A stretch of DNA of 64,000 nt, taken from the NCBI GenBank assembly GCA_024274785.1, contig JAJSAM010000035.1, positions 85,613-149,612 on the forward strand, read 5' to 3'. Of the stretch, positions 19,512 through 29,751 are shown piece by piece. The stretch is from Planctomycetota bacterium. Its GTDB lineage: Bacteria > Planctomycetota > JAJSAM01. Made by a program: the position numbers and the translations under genes. The notes beneath the pieces are model-generated. The model was not told the DNA's origin and did no database searches. It saw only the letters and a list, made by a program, of their open reading frames with translations. Within the stretch, counting starts at the first letter, position 1. The number at the start of each line of letters is the position of its first letter.

Positions 19512-21767
19512 GCCCATCGCGACCGAGTGGTTGTCGGCCGCCGTCTTGAGCTGTTCTCCCAGGAGTCGGTACTCCGTCTCGAGGGCCTGCTTCGCCGGGG
19601 CATGGCCGGGCTCGATGTGCAGGACGCGCAGTGCCACGTCGAGGGCGCCGATGTGGTCGCCCCTGGCGCGTAGCTTGGTCAACAGATTGTCGTAGATATC
19701 GATCGACTTTCTCGTCCGGAGAACGCGGGCGAGGCAGTCGGCCAGCGCCCGGAAATGCCGGGGATTGGCGGGATCCAGCCGGCAGGCCTCATCCAGGCTC
19801 TCCACGGCCCCATCCAGGTTTCCGGAGGCGAGGTGCAGGTAGCCCAGGCGGTGCAGCAGCTCCGCCGCCTCTGTGGACTTCCCGAGGTCGGACTTGAGCC
19901 GGGCGAGCTCCCGGAGCGCGTCGGGGGAGTAGGGGTTCAGGCCGAGGATTTCGCGAATGGCTTTCTCCGCCCGCGCCAGCTCGCCGTTCTCGATCAGAAG
20001 CTGAGCGATGGCGGTGAGCCGGGCGATGGCGTGGCCGCGGTCGCCCAGCCGGGCGTGGATCAGGGCGAGCGTCTCCGAGAGGTCGACGTCATCCGGCTGG
20101 AGATCGGTTGCCTGGGTGAATGCCTTGCGCGCCTCGGCCCACATCCCCGCCGCGATTCGCGCCTCACCCGTGCGTACGAAGGTGGCGAGGGCGCGCTTCT
20201 TCTCCCCCAGTGCGAGGTAGTGCTCTCCGATGCGGTCCATCGCCGCCGAGGGGACCGCGCCCATGCCGGCCAGCCTCTCGACGAGAGAGTCGAGGACCAG
20301 GTTGGCGCGAGACGGCCGGTCCCGCAGCCGCCGGAAGGCCACGTCGCTCAGTGCCCCGACCTCGGAAGAGGCCGTGCTCCGGTCACCCATGCGGAGCAGA
20401 AGATCGATGTGGGCGGTGCGGGCCCGAAAGGATTCCGGCGCAATTCCCACCGCTCGACGGATGGCGGTGAGTGCGCCCTCGGGGTTGCGAAGCTGTTCCT
20501 GGCGCCGGGCCAGGGCGATTGCGGAAGAGGAGGCGAGGCGTTTCTTGCCGAGGTTTCGCAGAATGTCGATCCGTGCCAGGAGCAGGTCCTCGTTTCCGGG
20601 GACCCTGGCGAGGGCCGCTCTGAGCAGGCGGTCCGATTCCTCCGGACGACCGGCCTTGGCGTGGAGCGCAGCGGTGGCGAGCACCTCGGCGACCATCTCC
20701 TCGTCGGCGTCGTTCTCGGAGAGCAGGCGGGCCCGGAACTCCCGAACGACGGTGTTCGCGGGATCCGCGTGCACCGCGCGAGTGGCGGATTGGCAGGCGG
20801 CGCTGTGGTTGCCCCGGCGGATCATGTCCCGGGCGGATTCGATGAACCGGGCCGCCGCTCGCGGGCCGTCGCCCATCTCCTCGTAGATCTCCGCGAGCCG
20901 GTGGGCCAGGTCGAAGCCTTCCACGCCGAGTTCCATCGCCCGCTCGAGCAAGCGGACCCGCTTGGTCGGGGAGAGCGCACTCTGCTGATTCTCTGCGAGC
21001 ATGAGCAGCTCGAAGGCGTTCTTGGAGCGGATGATGCCCGCGCTCTTCAGGCGATAGAAGAGCCCCCGTACCTCGAACCGGGTCATCCGGGCGTCCCGCA
21101 CCACTTCGGATAGATCCCGTACGCCGTCCAGGAGGAGAGTCGTTTCCCTCTCGCGGGCCGGTGCGCCCTCCTCCTGAAGGTAGACCACCGGATCGCCGAC
21201 CGATTCGTAGACGTCGTGCATGGAAGGGGTGGCCGACCGGTACTTGTCCGTCTCGTCGAGAACCCGGGTAACTTCGAGCAGGAGGCCCTGGGCGTCGCGC
21301 GGGCCGCCGACCGGGGTCAGACTATCCTTGTCCTTCAGGATCTCCCGCTCGGCATCGCCCTCGAAGAAATCGAACTTGGGATCTTTCCAGTGGAAGACGT
21401 CCAGCAGTTCCTCCACCATCTGGAACTCGAGGGCCGCCTCCAGTTCCGAGCGGGTGATGAGGTCACGTTCGAGGAGCGCCTCTCCGATGCGCACGCCGAT
21501 GTCTTCGACCTCCGCCAGCACCCTCTTCAGGTCCACAATCTCCAGTGCACCCAGGTTGTAGAGGATCCGGCCGATTCGAAACCGGGATCGGGGCGTGAGA
21601 ATCCGGGTGATTCGCCCTTTCTCGAGCGAGATGAGTTTCAGGCGTGATCCGCTCGACACCGCAAGCGTACCCACCCGGTTGGTCTGGGCCAGAACCTGCA
21701 GCAGCGTGCCGAACTCGAGCACGTCGAGGGACTGGCTGCTCTCCTGAGATACGGTGGTGGACGCCAT
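19488..21767 (-). CDS. DUF4388-like N-terminal domain protein with long TPR-repeat region
   Basis: About 760 aa. N-terminal LLQVLAQTNRVGTLAV... (DUF4388-like) followed by many TPR-like helical repeats. Start at MASTTVSQ. Confidence 0.7.
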   Translation of the reverse strand: MASTTVSQESSQSLDVLEFGTLLQVLAQTNRVGTLAVSSGSRLKLISLEKGRITRILTPRSRFRIGRILYNLGALEIVDLKRVLAEVEDIGVRIGEALLERDLITRSELEAALEFQMVEELLDVFHWKDPKFDFFEGDAEREILKDKDSLTPVGGPRDAQGLLLEVTRVLDETDKYRSATPSMHDVYESVGDPVVYLQEEGAPARERETTLLLDGVRDLSEVVRDARMTRFEVRGLFYRLKSAGIIRSKNAFELLMLAENQQSALSPTKRVRLLERAMELGVEGFDLAHRLAEIYEEMGDGPRAAARFIESARDMIRRGNHSAACQSATRAVHADPANTVVREFRARLLSENDADEEMVAEVLATAALHAKAGRPEESDRLLRAALARVPGNEDLLLARIDILRNLGKKRLASSSAIALARRQEQLRNPEGALTAIRRAVGIAPESFRARTAHIDLLLRMGDRSTASSEVGALSDVAFRRLRDRPSRANLVLDSLVERLAGMGAVPSAAMDRIGEHYLALGEKKRALATFVRTGEARIAAGMWAEARKAFTQATDLQPDDVDLSETLALIHARLGDRGHAIARLTAIAQLLIENGELARAEKAIREILGLNPYSPDALRELARLKSDLGKSTEAAELLHRLGYLHLASGNLDGAVESLDEACRLDPANPRHFRALADCLARVLRTRKSIDIYDNLLTKLRARGDHIGALDVALRVLHIEPGHAPAKQALETEYRLLGEQLKTAADNHSVAMGSDELAEL

Positions 21768-22012
21768 CGAGTCTCTATCGGCTTGCCGATGCTCCGGGCT
21801 GAGCCGATTCCCGCACCTCCCGGGCCAGTTCATTCGATCAGTGGATTGCGGCTGTTGAGATTGAGGTGAGACGAGGCTCGGTGCATTCGCCGGTGGTGAT
21901 GCGCGGACGCTCGGAGGGCGGCGCTCCGGTGGCGGATGAAGAACAAGGCGCCGAAGCCCATGGCTTCGACGCCCTGTGAAAAAACAGCTTGAGGAACGGT
22001 CCGCGGGTCGGG

Positions 22013-22981
22013 CTAGTCGCCGCCCTCGGCCCGGGCCTTCAAGTCCGCCAGTTGCTTCTCCTTCGCTTCGAAGAAACGAGCAGCCTGCGGCTTCTCCCCG
22101 AAGACCGCCTTCATCTTGGCGAGTCCCTTCTCGTAGAGCGCGACATTGTTCGTCTGGAAGGCGTGCTCCATGATCAGGATGTAGAACATCTGGAACGACC
22201 GCGTTTCGCCTTCCGCGGGCTCGCGGCCGTTCGCCATCATCTCCGCGTAGGCTTTGCCGGAAGCCGCGGCAGCTTCGGGGCCGCGGGATTTCGGCGCCAG
22301 GCTCGCGATCTCCATGCCGAGCAGCGCATCGTCGATCTTCGCCTGGTCTTCGTCAGAGACCTCGGTGAGCTTCGCCGCTTCGGCCTTGGCCTGCTCGAAG
22401 TCGTACCTGCCCATGCCGAGCTTGATCAGGAAGAGCTTCGAGGCTTCCGCCGGAGTCAGATCTTCCTTGTTCGCCAGAGCCTGAAAGTCCGCGGCGTCTT
22501 GCATCGTGGCCGCGAAGCCCTCGGTGGTTCTGGGTCCTTTGTGGACGGCGATGACTTCGCCTTCGGCGTCCATTGCCACGAGATATGGAAATCCTGTGCC
22601 GCCTTTTTCCTGAAGGAGCTTACCGTACTTCTCACCCTCCACCCTGCTGGTGATGTGGCAGAAGAGAATGTACTCCTTCGCGAACTCCCTGAACTCCGCT
22701 GTGGAAAGCGCACCGCGCTCCATTTGGATGCAGGGGGGTCAGGGCGTGTAGGTCCGGGTGAAGTACGCGAAGATGAGCTTGCCGCTCTCTTTCGCCTTCT
22801 CCCGGGCCACGTCGTAGTCGTCGATCCAGCCGGCATCGGTGAACCATTCCTCGGCCACCTTGTCCGCTCGGTTCTGCTTCAACGTCTCCTGGCTCGGCGG
22901 GGTTCTGCCCTGCGCCAGAGCCGAAGTCGCGAAGAGAACGGCGATCAGACCGGCCAGGATCACAGTCCTGGCAATCTTCAT
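22013..22981 (-). pseudogene. Secreted thioredoxin-fold protein, interrupted by a 1-nt frameshift (or sequence error) near 22740
   Basis: Signal peptide (MKIARTVILAGLIAVLFATSALAQG) and ...GKLIFAYFTRTYTP* in one frame. Continuation ...DPPCIQMERGALSTAEFREFAKEYILFCHITSRVEG...GFPYLVAMDAEGEVIAV in the adjacent frame. Together they align as a Trx-like fold (xFxAxWCxxC-FSxPEVxxLxxNFVxxKVD pattern) with a non-canonical active site. Confidence 0.45.
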
Positions 22982-23060
22982 ACTGCCTCCTTGATGTGAA
23001 TCGCTGCGATCACGAAGCGAGGAGTATATACGGATGCGGTTCGAAACCTCTGAAACTCAA

Positions 23061-24278
23061 TCACCCGATGCGTCCGTACTCCAGCACCAGGATGCTGACG
23101 TCGTCCTCCGGGCGGCGGCGGCGGCCGAAGGTCTGGACGGCCTCCCAGACGCCATCGGCGGTGTCCTGCACCGATCGTCCGTCGTGGGCGGTCAGCACCT
23201 CAATCAGCCTCTCTTCACCGAAGAACTCTCCGTCCGGGCTTCGGGTGTCGAGGATGCCGTCGGTGTAGAGCACCACCCGGTCGCCGTCGCGGAGCAGGAT
23301 CTCGTCTTCGGTAAAGCCCTGCGCGGCGCCGAGGCCGATGATCGGGCCGTGGTGGGAGAGAGGCGAAACCGATCCGTCCGCCTCGATCAGGATCGGCGGT
23401 GGATGGCCGGCGCAGGCGTAGGTGAACTTCCCCTCGCCGAGTTCGAGAGTAGCGCACGCGATGGTCATGTAGCTGCCGAACCGCTCGAACGGGAATGCGG
23501 CCTCCAGGCTGTTCAACACGCTTGCCGGAGCACGCACGCCGCCGCCCCGGCCCATGATGCCCTGCCGGGAGAGCAGGAACTGGGACGCGGTGGTGGCCAT
23601 GAACGCGGCCGAGACGCCGTGCCCGCAGACATCGAGCATGTACAGGCCGAGTCGTTCGTGGTCGGGGCAGTGGAAGTTGAAGAAGTCGCCGCCGATCTGC
23701 CCGGAGGGGCGGAATCGCCAGGCGAGTCGCACGGAGTCGAGGTCGAGGCGGTCCTTCGGCAGGAGATTTCGCTGGATGCCGGCCGCGGCGGCCAGGTCGT
23801 CGTTGATCTGACGGCTCTTTCTCTCGAGCTCTTCCCGCTGGGTGACCTCTCCGGTGACGTCGTGGATGATCACCAGCACCATGTCCCGGCCCTTGAAGGC
23901 GAGCTTGCGGGTGCTGAGTTCGAGGTGCCGGGTGCTGGCCTGGCCCCCTCGGAAGAACTCCCGGGTGAGTGGCTGCCTGTCCACCGGAACGTCCTTCGTG
24001 AGCGTCTCGACGAGGGTTTGCCGGAGCACGCAGTTTCCGCAGTGGGTCGTCTCCCCGCACGGCCGTCCCTCCTCGCCGTGGTATCGGCAGCGCATGGCTT
24101 CGCCGAACCGGGTTTCGGTGGGATCGCGCTGGGGACTGTCGAAGAGGTCGAGGAACGATCGGTTGAAGCGGTGGATGCGCCCGCCCCCGTCGGCGATCAG
24201 CACCGCGGCGGTGATGTTGTCGAGGAGGAGGTTCAGGAAGTCGTTCGACTCGTGCAGGTCTTCGAGATCCGTGAACAT
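23061..24278 (-). CDS. PP2C-type Ser/Thr phosphatase (SpoIIE/RsbU-like) with N-terminal Cys-rich PAS-like sensor
   Basis: 405 aa. C-terminal PPM motifs (GGDFFNF...LGLYMLDVCGHGVSAAFM...LYTDGILD). N-terminal HGEEGRPCGETTHCGNC. Confidence 0.8.
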   Translation of the reverse strand: MFTDLEDLHESNDFLNLLLDNITAAVLIADGGGRIHRFNRSFLDLFDSPQRDPTETRFGEAMRCRYHGEEGRPCGETTHCGNCVLRQTLVETLTKDVPVDRQPLTREFFRGGQASTRHLELSTRKLAFKGRDMVLVIIHDVTGEVTQREELERKSRQINDDLAAAAGIQRNLLPKDRLDLDSVRLAWRFRPSGQIGGDFFNFHCPDHERLGLYMLDVCGHGVSAAFMATTASQFLLSRQGIMGRGGGVRAPASVLNSLEAAFPFERFGSYMTIACATLELGEGKFTYACAGHPPPILIEADGSVSPLSHHGPIIGLGAAQGFTEDEILLRDGDRVVLYTDGILDTRSPDGEFFGEERLIEVLTAHDGRSVQDTADGVWEAVQTFGRRRRPEDDVSILVLEYGRIG

Positions 24279-24492
24279 GACGGGCCAAGGTTACCATCCA
24301 GAGCCGGGGAACCGGCATCGCCCCCCGGGCGGGGCTCGCCCGGCCGACAAGCAACCCGACGCGCACTGTTACCTCTCGAGCAGGCAAAGCCACTCCCCTG
24401 AAGCAGGTGGAAACGGTGGCGGTCTCCTGCGAGACTGCTCTGTGGCTGAGCCGGATGGACTTGCGGAGGGAAGGGATGGGAGGATCCTGGAA

Positions 24493-27400
24493 GTGCCACT
24501 GACCAAGAAGTTGCTCTTCGACCTCGAGATCGACCGGAGGGGAGGGATTCGGCAGATCGGTGCGGTGCTCGACCGGGTGGAGTTCTATCGTGAGGTGTCC
24601 GGTAGCCCCGGGGCGGCGCTCGCGGAGTTGGATGCCTTCGCCCGGGGGGCGGCGTGCGTGCTCGGGCACAACGTCCTCGCGCACGATCTCCCGCATCTTC
24701 TGCGGGTGGCGCCGAACCTTCGGCTTCTGAAGCTGCCGGTGGTCGATACCCTTTTTCTCTCCCCTCTGGCCTTTCCCGAGAACCCCTATCACAGCCTGGT
24801 GAAGGACTACAAGCTGCTCTCCGCCTCGCTGAACGACCCCGTGGCGGATGCGCGGCTCGCCGGTCGGGCATTCTCCGAGCAATGGGAGGCCCTGGCCCTT
24901 GTCGCGACGGGTACTCCTCCGCTCATGGATCTCCTGCAGTTCTGTTTCCAGGGCGTCTCCTTCGTGGAGGGCGGCAGCGGGGACGGCATCGCCCGGGTCT
25001 TCTGCTCCCTCGCTGGCAGGCAGCCCCACGACGCGATCAATGCCGACAAAGCACATCAGATCTTCGCCGACCAGGCGCGGGATCTGTGTTGCCGGAGTGC
25101 GATCAACGAAGTTGGACGGGAGCTGATCGACGACGCCGTCCGGCGGCCCGAACTCGCCTTCATCGCCAGTTGGCTCCGGGTGGCCGGTGCGAAGTCGGTG
25201 TTACCGTCGTGGGTGCGGCATCGGTTCCCCGGTATCCGGACTGCCATCCACCGACTTCGCGATGCTCCCTGCGGCAACTCGGAGTGTTGCTACTGCAAGG
25301 GCACCCAGGATCCCGAGGAGCAGCTGAGACGGTTCTTCAAGTTCGACGGCTTCCGCTTGACCGGGGGCAAGCCGCTCCAACGGAAGATTGTGCTTGCGGG
25401 AATGCGCAACGAATCGCTGGTCGCCCTTCTGCCCACCGGTGGAGGCAAGTCCCTCAGCTTTCAACTCCCCGCCCTCGTGCGATACGTCCGACGCGGTGCG
25501 CTGACCGTCGTGATCTCGCCGCTGCAGGCGCTGATGAAGGACCAGGTGGAAGGTCTCGTCAAACGAACCGGCTCGCCCCACGCCGGTGCGATCTACGGGA
25601 TGCTCACCCCTCCTGAACGCCGCGAGCAACTTGAGCGCATCCGGCTCGGGGACACCGCGATCGTCTACGTCTCCCCGGAACAACTGCGCAACCGTTCGTT
25701 CCGGCAGACCATCCTCTCCCGAGAGATCGGTTGCTTCGTCTTCGATGAAGCCCACTGCATTTCGAAGTGGGGCCACGACTTCCGGCCGGACTACTTCTAT
25801 GCTTCCCGCTTCGTCCGTGAACTGGCCTCCGAGCAGGGCACGGAGATCCCGCCCGTGGCCTGTTTCACCGCCACGGGAAAACCGGACGTGATCGAGGAGA
25901 TCAAGGACCACTTCCGCACCGTCCTCGGCCACGAACTGGAGGAGTTCCGGGGACCCATCGCCCGTGAGGAGCTCGTCTACTCGGTGCGGGACACCACCGG
26001 GCCGCAGAAACTCGAGCAGGTGGCCGGCGTGCTTCGCGAGAAGCTCTTTTCGAACGGAGGTGGCGCGGGGATCGTGTACCGGGCCACCCGGAAGCGGACG
26101 GAGGAGACCGCCGAGTACCTGAAGAAGCGCGGGATCGTCGCCCGGGCGTTCCACGCCGGTCTCCGGGCGCCGACGAAACGCGAAGTCCAGGACGAGTTTC
26201 TCGCGGGAAAGGTGCCGGTGATCTGCGCCACCAACGCATTCGGCATGGGGATCGACAAGTCCGATGTCCGGGTGGTGGTGCATGCGGACATCCCGAGGTC
26301 GATCGAGAGTTACCTGCAGGAGGCTGGCCGCGCCGGCCGCGACCGCAAGCGGGCCGACTGCATCCTGCTCTTTGATGAGCACGACGTCGAGACGCAGTTC
26401 CGCCTGGCAGCTTTCGGAAAGATCACCCGGCACGATATCGTGCAGATCCGCCGCGCCGTGAAACGTGCCACTGATCGGCAGAAGGGGGCGGCCGTGATCA
26501 CTACCGGGGAGCTTCTGCGGGATCAGTATCTTGAGACTTCCATCGACGCGGAGGATCGCTCCGCGGACACCAAGGTAAAGATGGCGCTGTCCTGGCTCGA
26601 GCGGGCCGGATTCCTCGAGCGTAACGAGAACCGAACGACTGTTTTCCAGGGTGTGCCCCGGGTGAAGGACCTGGAGGAGGCCCGGTTGAAGATCAGCAGC
26701 AAGCAGGTTCCGGAGCAGACGGCGAGGCGGTGGATCGCCGTCCTCGAAGCGCTCCTCAACGCCGACCCGGATCAGGCGTTGACCTTTGACCAACTCGCGG
26801 GGCACCGGGCCTACGAGCATTTCTGGGCGACCTGTGACGGCACGATCGTGACCCGCCAGGTCCGCAAGGATCTCCATGAGATGGCTGAGGTCGGGCTGAT
26901 CGACCAGGGGCTCGTCTTCAGTGCGTTCGTCCGTCCCAGAGGGCAGAGGACTTCGAAGCGTCTCTTCGAGCAGGCGAGGGATAGCGAGGTCAGTCTGCTC
27001 GACCTGATCAGGAAGACCGCTCCCGACGCGGAACAGGGACAGTGGCAACTCCTCGAATTAAACAAGCTGCATCAGAGGCTCAAGTCCGGTGATACCGACT
27101 GCAGTCCGGAATCGATCCGGCTCCTCCTGAAGAGCTTGAGCATGGATGGGCGGGGCCTGGCCGGGAGCGGAGGCAGCCTGGAACTGGCGCAGACCTCACG
27201 GTTTCGCTATCGCGTGAAGGTCTCCCGAAAGTGGGACGCCCTCGAGGCGACCGCGAAGATCCGCCGTGAGGTCGCGTGGAAGGCACTGGCGGTGATGCTT
27301 GAAAAAGCGAAGCACGTTGGGGAGGAGGAGCAGCTCGTCTCGTTCACCGCGGCAGAGGTCGTGGCGGCAATTCACAAGGATCCCGCACTCGCCCGCAAGG

Positions 27401-29676
27401 TGAAGAGCCCCTTGGATGCCGTCGACCGCGGGCTGATGTTTCTCCACGAGCAGGGTTCGATCATCCTGCGCCAGGGCCTTGCGGTGTTCCGGCAGGCCAT
27501 GACCATCGAACTCTCGAAGGAGATGAGGGGGAGAACCTACTCGAAGAAGCACTACGACGCCCTCGATCGCCATTACGGAGAGCGCGTCGCGCAGGTCCAT
27601 GCCATGAACGAGTACGCCCGCCTGGCGCTGAAAGAACAGCGGGCGGCCGATCGATTCGTCAACGACTGCTTCAGCCTTGAGCGCGATGCGTTCTTCACGA
27701 AGTACTTCGGGGATCGGCAGGAGGTGCTGCGTCGGGCGACGGGGGTTGAGTCCTACCACCGGATCGTCACCGGGCTCGAGAACGACCACCAGATCGAGGT
27801 GGTGACCGCTCCCCTCGAGGGGAACATGCTGGTCCTGGCGGGACCGGGTTCCGGCAAGACCCGCGTGGTGGTGCACCGCTGCGCCTTCCTGCTCAGAGTT
27901 CAGAGAGTGCGTCCGGAGGAAGTGCTGATCCTCTGCTTCAATCACAACGCCGCGGTGGAGCTCCGAAAGAGGCTTGGCGACCTGATCGGCATGGACGCGC
28001 GAGGTGTCACCGCGCTGACCTACCACGGCCTGGCCATGCGGATCACCGGGACCTCGTTTGCGGAAAGGGCGGAATGCGATCAGGACGGGGAGATCAAGTT
28101 CGATGAGATCCTGCAGGACGCGGTGCGGCTGATCCGGGGGGATGTCGAGATCCCCGGGATCGAGCCCGACCAGGTGCGGGAGCGCCTGCTGGCCGGGTAC
28201 CGCTACCTGCTGGTGGACGAGTATCAGGATATCGACGAAGTGCAGTACGAGTTGGTCTCGGCGATCGCCGGCCGAACAGAGCAGGACGGGGAGAACAGAC
28301 TCCGGATTCTCGCGGTGGGGGACGACGACCAGAACATCTACACCTGGCGCGGCGCGGACGTGAGCTTCCTTCGGCGGTTCGAGGAGGACTATCAGGCCAG
28401 ACGGTTCCGACTGCTCCACAACTACCGCTCCTCGAAGAACATCATCGAAGTGTCCAACCGCTTCATCGCCACGAACCCTGGTCGCTTGAAAGTTTCCGAT
28501 CCCATCCGGGTCAACGAGCAGCGGGTGCTCTACGCGGCGGGGGGGCGCTGGGAGGGCCTGGATCCGGTCTCGCGGGGCCGGGTGAGGCAGATCATCATTT
28601 CGAGTCCGGCGGAAGAGGCTTCGGCGATCGTGGCAGAACTGCGTCGGGTGAAGGAGTTGGACTCCAATACCTCCTGGCATGAATTCGCCGTCCTGGCCCG
28701 GACCCGGAATACCCTGCAGCCGATCCGGTCGCTCCTCACGCACTACGGGATCCCCGTCTCGCTGGTGGTGCCGCGCGAGCAGGCCCCGCCCCTCAACCGC
28801 ATCCGCGAGATCGAGACATTGCTCAATTCGCTGAGGGAGAAGGCGGAGCAGAGTGTCCGGCCGACGGAGCTGCTGAAAGATGTCCACCGCGATCTCAAGA
28901 TGCGGCCCGGGCACTACTGGCTCGACCTCCTTCGCGAACTGCTGACGGCGTTCAAGGAGGAAACCTCGAACGCGGATCAGCCCCGCGGCCATGCGGTGGA
29001 GTATCTGTACGAGGCCCTCGTGCAGCGGCGCCGCGAGAGCCGGATCGGCGCGGGTGTCTACCTCGGGACCGTGCACTCGGCCAAGGGGATGGAGTTTCAG
29101 CACGTGATCATCCCCGCGACCGGTTGGGCGGAGTTGCGGGAAGATGCCACCGTGGGCGAGGAGCGCCGGACCTTCTATGTCGGCATGACTCGCGCGAGGG
29201 AGATGCTGACCGTGATCCACTGCCCCGGACTGTCTCCGTCCCACGTCGGACTGGTGGATGGCAAGGAGATCCTGTCCACCGGGCCGGCGGAGCAAGCGGC
29301 GGTGCCCGAGGGGATCCTCACGCGCCGGTACGAGGCCCTCGGCCTTTCCGACCTCTTCATCGACCTCGCCGGGCAGCGGGCCGCGTCGGACCCCATACAC
29401 AACGCGCTGATGCACCTGGATTGCGGATCGAGACTCACCGTGCGGGAGCAGTCCGGGAACGTGGTGCTCCTCGATGGGGGTGGATGCCCGGTCGCCAGGC
29501 TTTCGGCCTCGGCGAAGGAGCGCTGGCTGGCCCGGCTTCGGGATGTCGAATCAGTGTGCGTGCTGGCGATGATCAAGCGGCGACGTGGGGACACCGGTGA
29601 GGAGTACGAGGACCGCATGCGCGTCGATGCGTGGGAAGTCCCGTTCTGCGAGCTGATCTACCGGGAGCAGTGCTGA
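24493..29676 (+). CDS. Three-module DNA helicase/nuclease: DnaQ-like 3'-5' exonuclease, RecQ-family helicase, long linker, UvrD/PcrA-family helicase (1727 aa)
   Basis: Exo I motif (LLFDLEID) at N-terminus. RecQ motifs (LLPTGGGKSLSFQLPAL, VVISPLQALMKDQV, FVFDEAHCISKWGHDFRPDY, ATNAFGMGIDKSDVRVVVH, QEAGRAGRD). UvrD motifs (LVLAGPGSGKTRVVVHRCAFLL, LLVDEYQDIDEVQYELV, VGDDDQNIYTWRGADV, HNYRSSKNIIE, GTVHSAKGMEFQHVII, VGMTRAREML). GTG start at 24493 preceded by GGGAGGA RBS. The track ORF extends upstream without support. Confidence 0.85.
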   Translation: MPLTKKLLFDLEIDRRGGIRQIGAVLDRVEFYREVSGSPGAALAELDAFARGAACVLGHNVLAHDLPHLLRVAPNLRLLKLPVVDTLFLSPLAFPENPYHSLVKDYKLLSASLNDPVADARLAGRAFSEQWEALALVATGTPPLMDLLQFCFQGVSFVEGGSGDGIARVFCSLAGRQPHDAINADKAHQIFADQARDLCCRSAINEVGRELIDDAVRRPELAFIASWLRVAGAKSVLPSWVRHRFPGIRTAIHRLRDAPCGNSECCYCKGTQDPEEQLRRFFKFDGFRLTGGKPLQRKIVLAGMRNESLVALLPTGGGKSLSFQLPALVRYVRRGALTVVISPLQALMKDQVEGLVKRTGSPHAGAIYGMLTPPERREQLERIRLGDTAIVYVSPEQLRNRSFRQTILSREIGCFVFDEAHCISKWGHDFRPDYFYASRFVRELASEQGTEIPPVACFTATGKPDVIEEIKDHFRTVLGHELEEFRGPIAREELVYSVRDTTGPQKLEQVAGVLREKLFSNGGGAGIVYRATRKRTEETAEYLKKRGIVARAFHAGLRAPTKREVQDEFLAGKVPVICATNAFGMGIDKSDVRVVVHADIPRSIESYLQEAGRAGRDRKRADCILLFDEHDVETQFRLAAFGKITRHDIVQIRRAVKRATDRQKGAAVITTGELLRDQYLETSIDAEDRSADTKVKMALSWLERAGFLERNENRTTVFQGVPRVKDLEEARLKISSKQVPEQTARRWIAVLEALLNADPDQALTFDQLAGHRAYEHFWATCDGTIVTRQVRKDLHEMAEVGLIDQGLVFSAFVRPRGQRTSKRLFEQARDSEVSLLDLIRKTAPDAEQGQWQLLELNKLHQRLKSGDTDCSPESIRLLLKSLSMDGRGLAGSGGSLELAQTSRFRYRVKVSRKWDALEATAKIRREVAWKALAVMLEKAKHVGEEEQLVSFTAAEVVAAIHKDPALARKVKSPLDAVDRGLMFLHEQGSIILRQGLAVFRQAMTIELSKEMRGRTYSKKHYDALDRHYGERVAQVHAMNEYARLALKEQRAADRFVNDCFSLERDAFFTKYFGDRQEVLRRATGVESYHRIVTGLENDHQIEVVTAPLEGNMLVLAGPGSGKTRVVVHRCAFLLRVQRVRPEEVLILCFNHNAAVELRKRLGDLIGMDARGVTALTYHGLAMRITGTSFAERAECDQDGEIKFDEILQDAVRLIRGDVEIPGIEPDQVRERLLAGYRYLLVDEYQDIDEVQYELVSAIAGRTEQDGENRLRILAVGDDDQNIYTWRGADVSFLRRFEEDYQARRFRLLHNYRSSKNIIEVSNRFIATNPGRLKVSDPIRVNEQRVLYAAGGRWEGLDPVSRGRVRQIIISSPAEEASAIVAELRRVKELDSNTSWHEFAVLARTRNTLQPIRSLLTHYGIPVSLVVPREQAPPLNRIREIETLLNSLREKAEQSVRPTELLKDVHRDLKMRPGHYWLDLLRELLTAFKEETSNADQPRGHAVEYLYEALVQRRRESRIGAGVYLGTVHSAKGMEFQHVIIPATGWAELREDATVGEERRTFYVGMTRAREMLTVIHCPGLSPSHVGLVDGKEILSTGPAEQAAVPEGILTRRYEALGLSDLFIDLAGQRAASDPIHNALMHLDCGSRLTVREQSGNVVLLDGGGCPVARLSASAKERWLARLRDVESVCVLAMIKRRRGDTGEEYEDRMRVDAWEVPFCELIYREQC

Positions 29677-29751
29677 GTTCACCCTGATCCCATTCCTTCG
29701 GGTTCTGCCCAATCGAAAGGCTCCCGCTCATCAGGGCGTTCCGGGGAGCGA

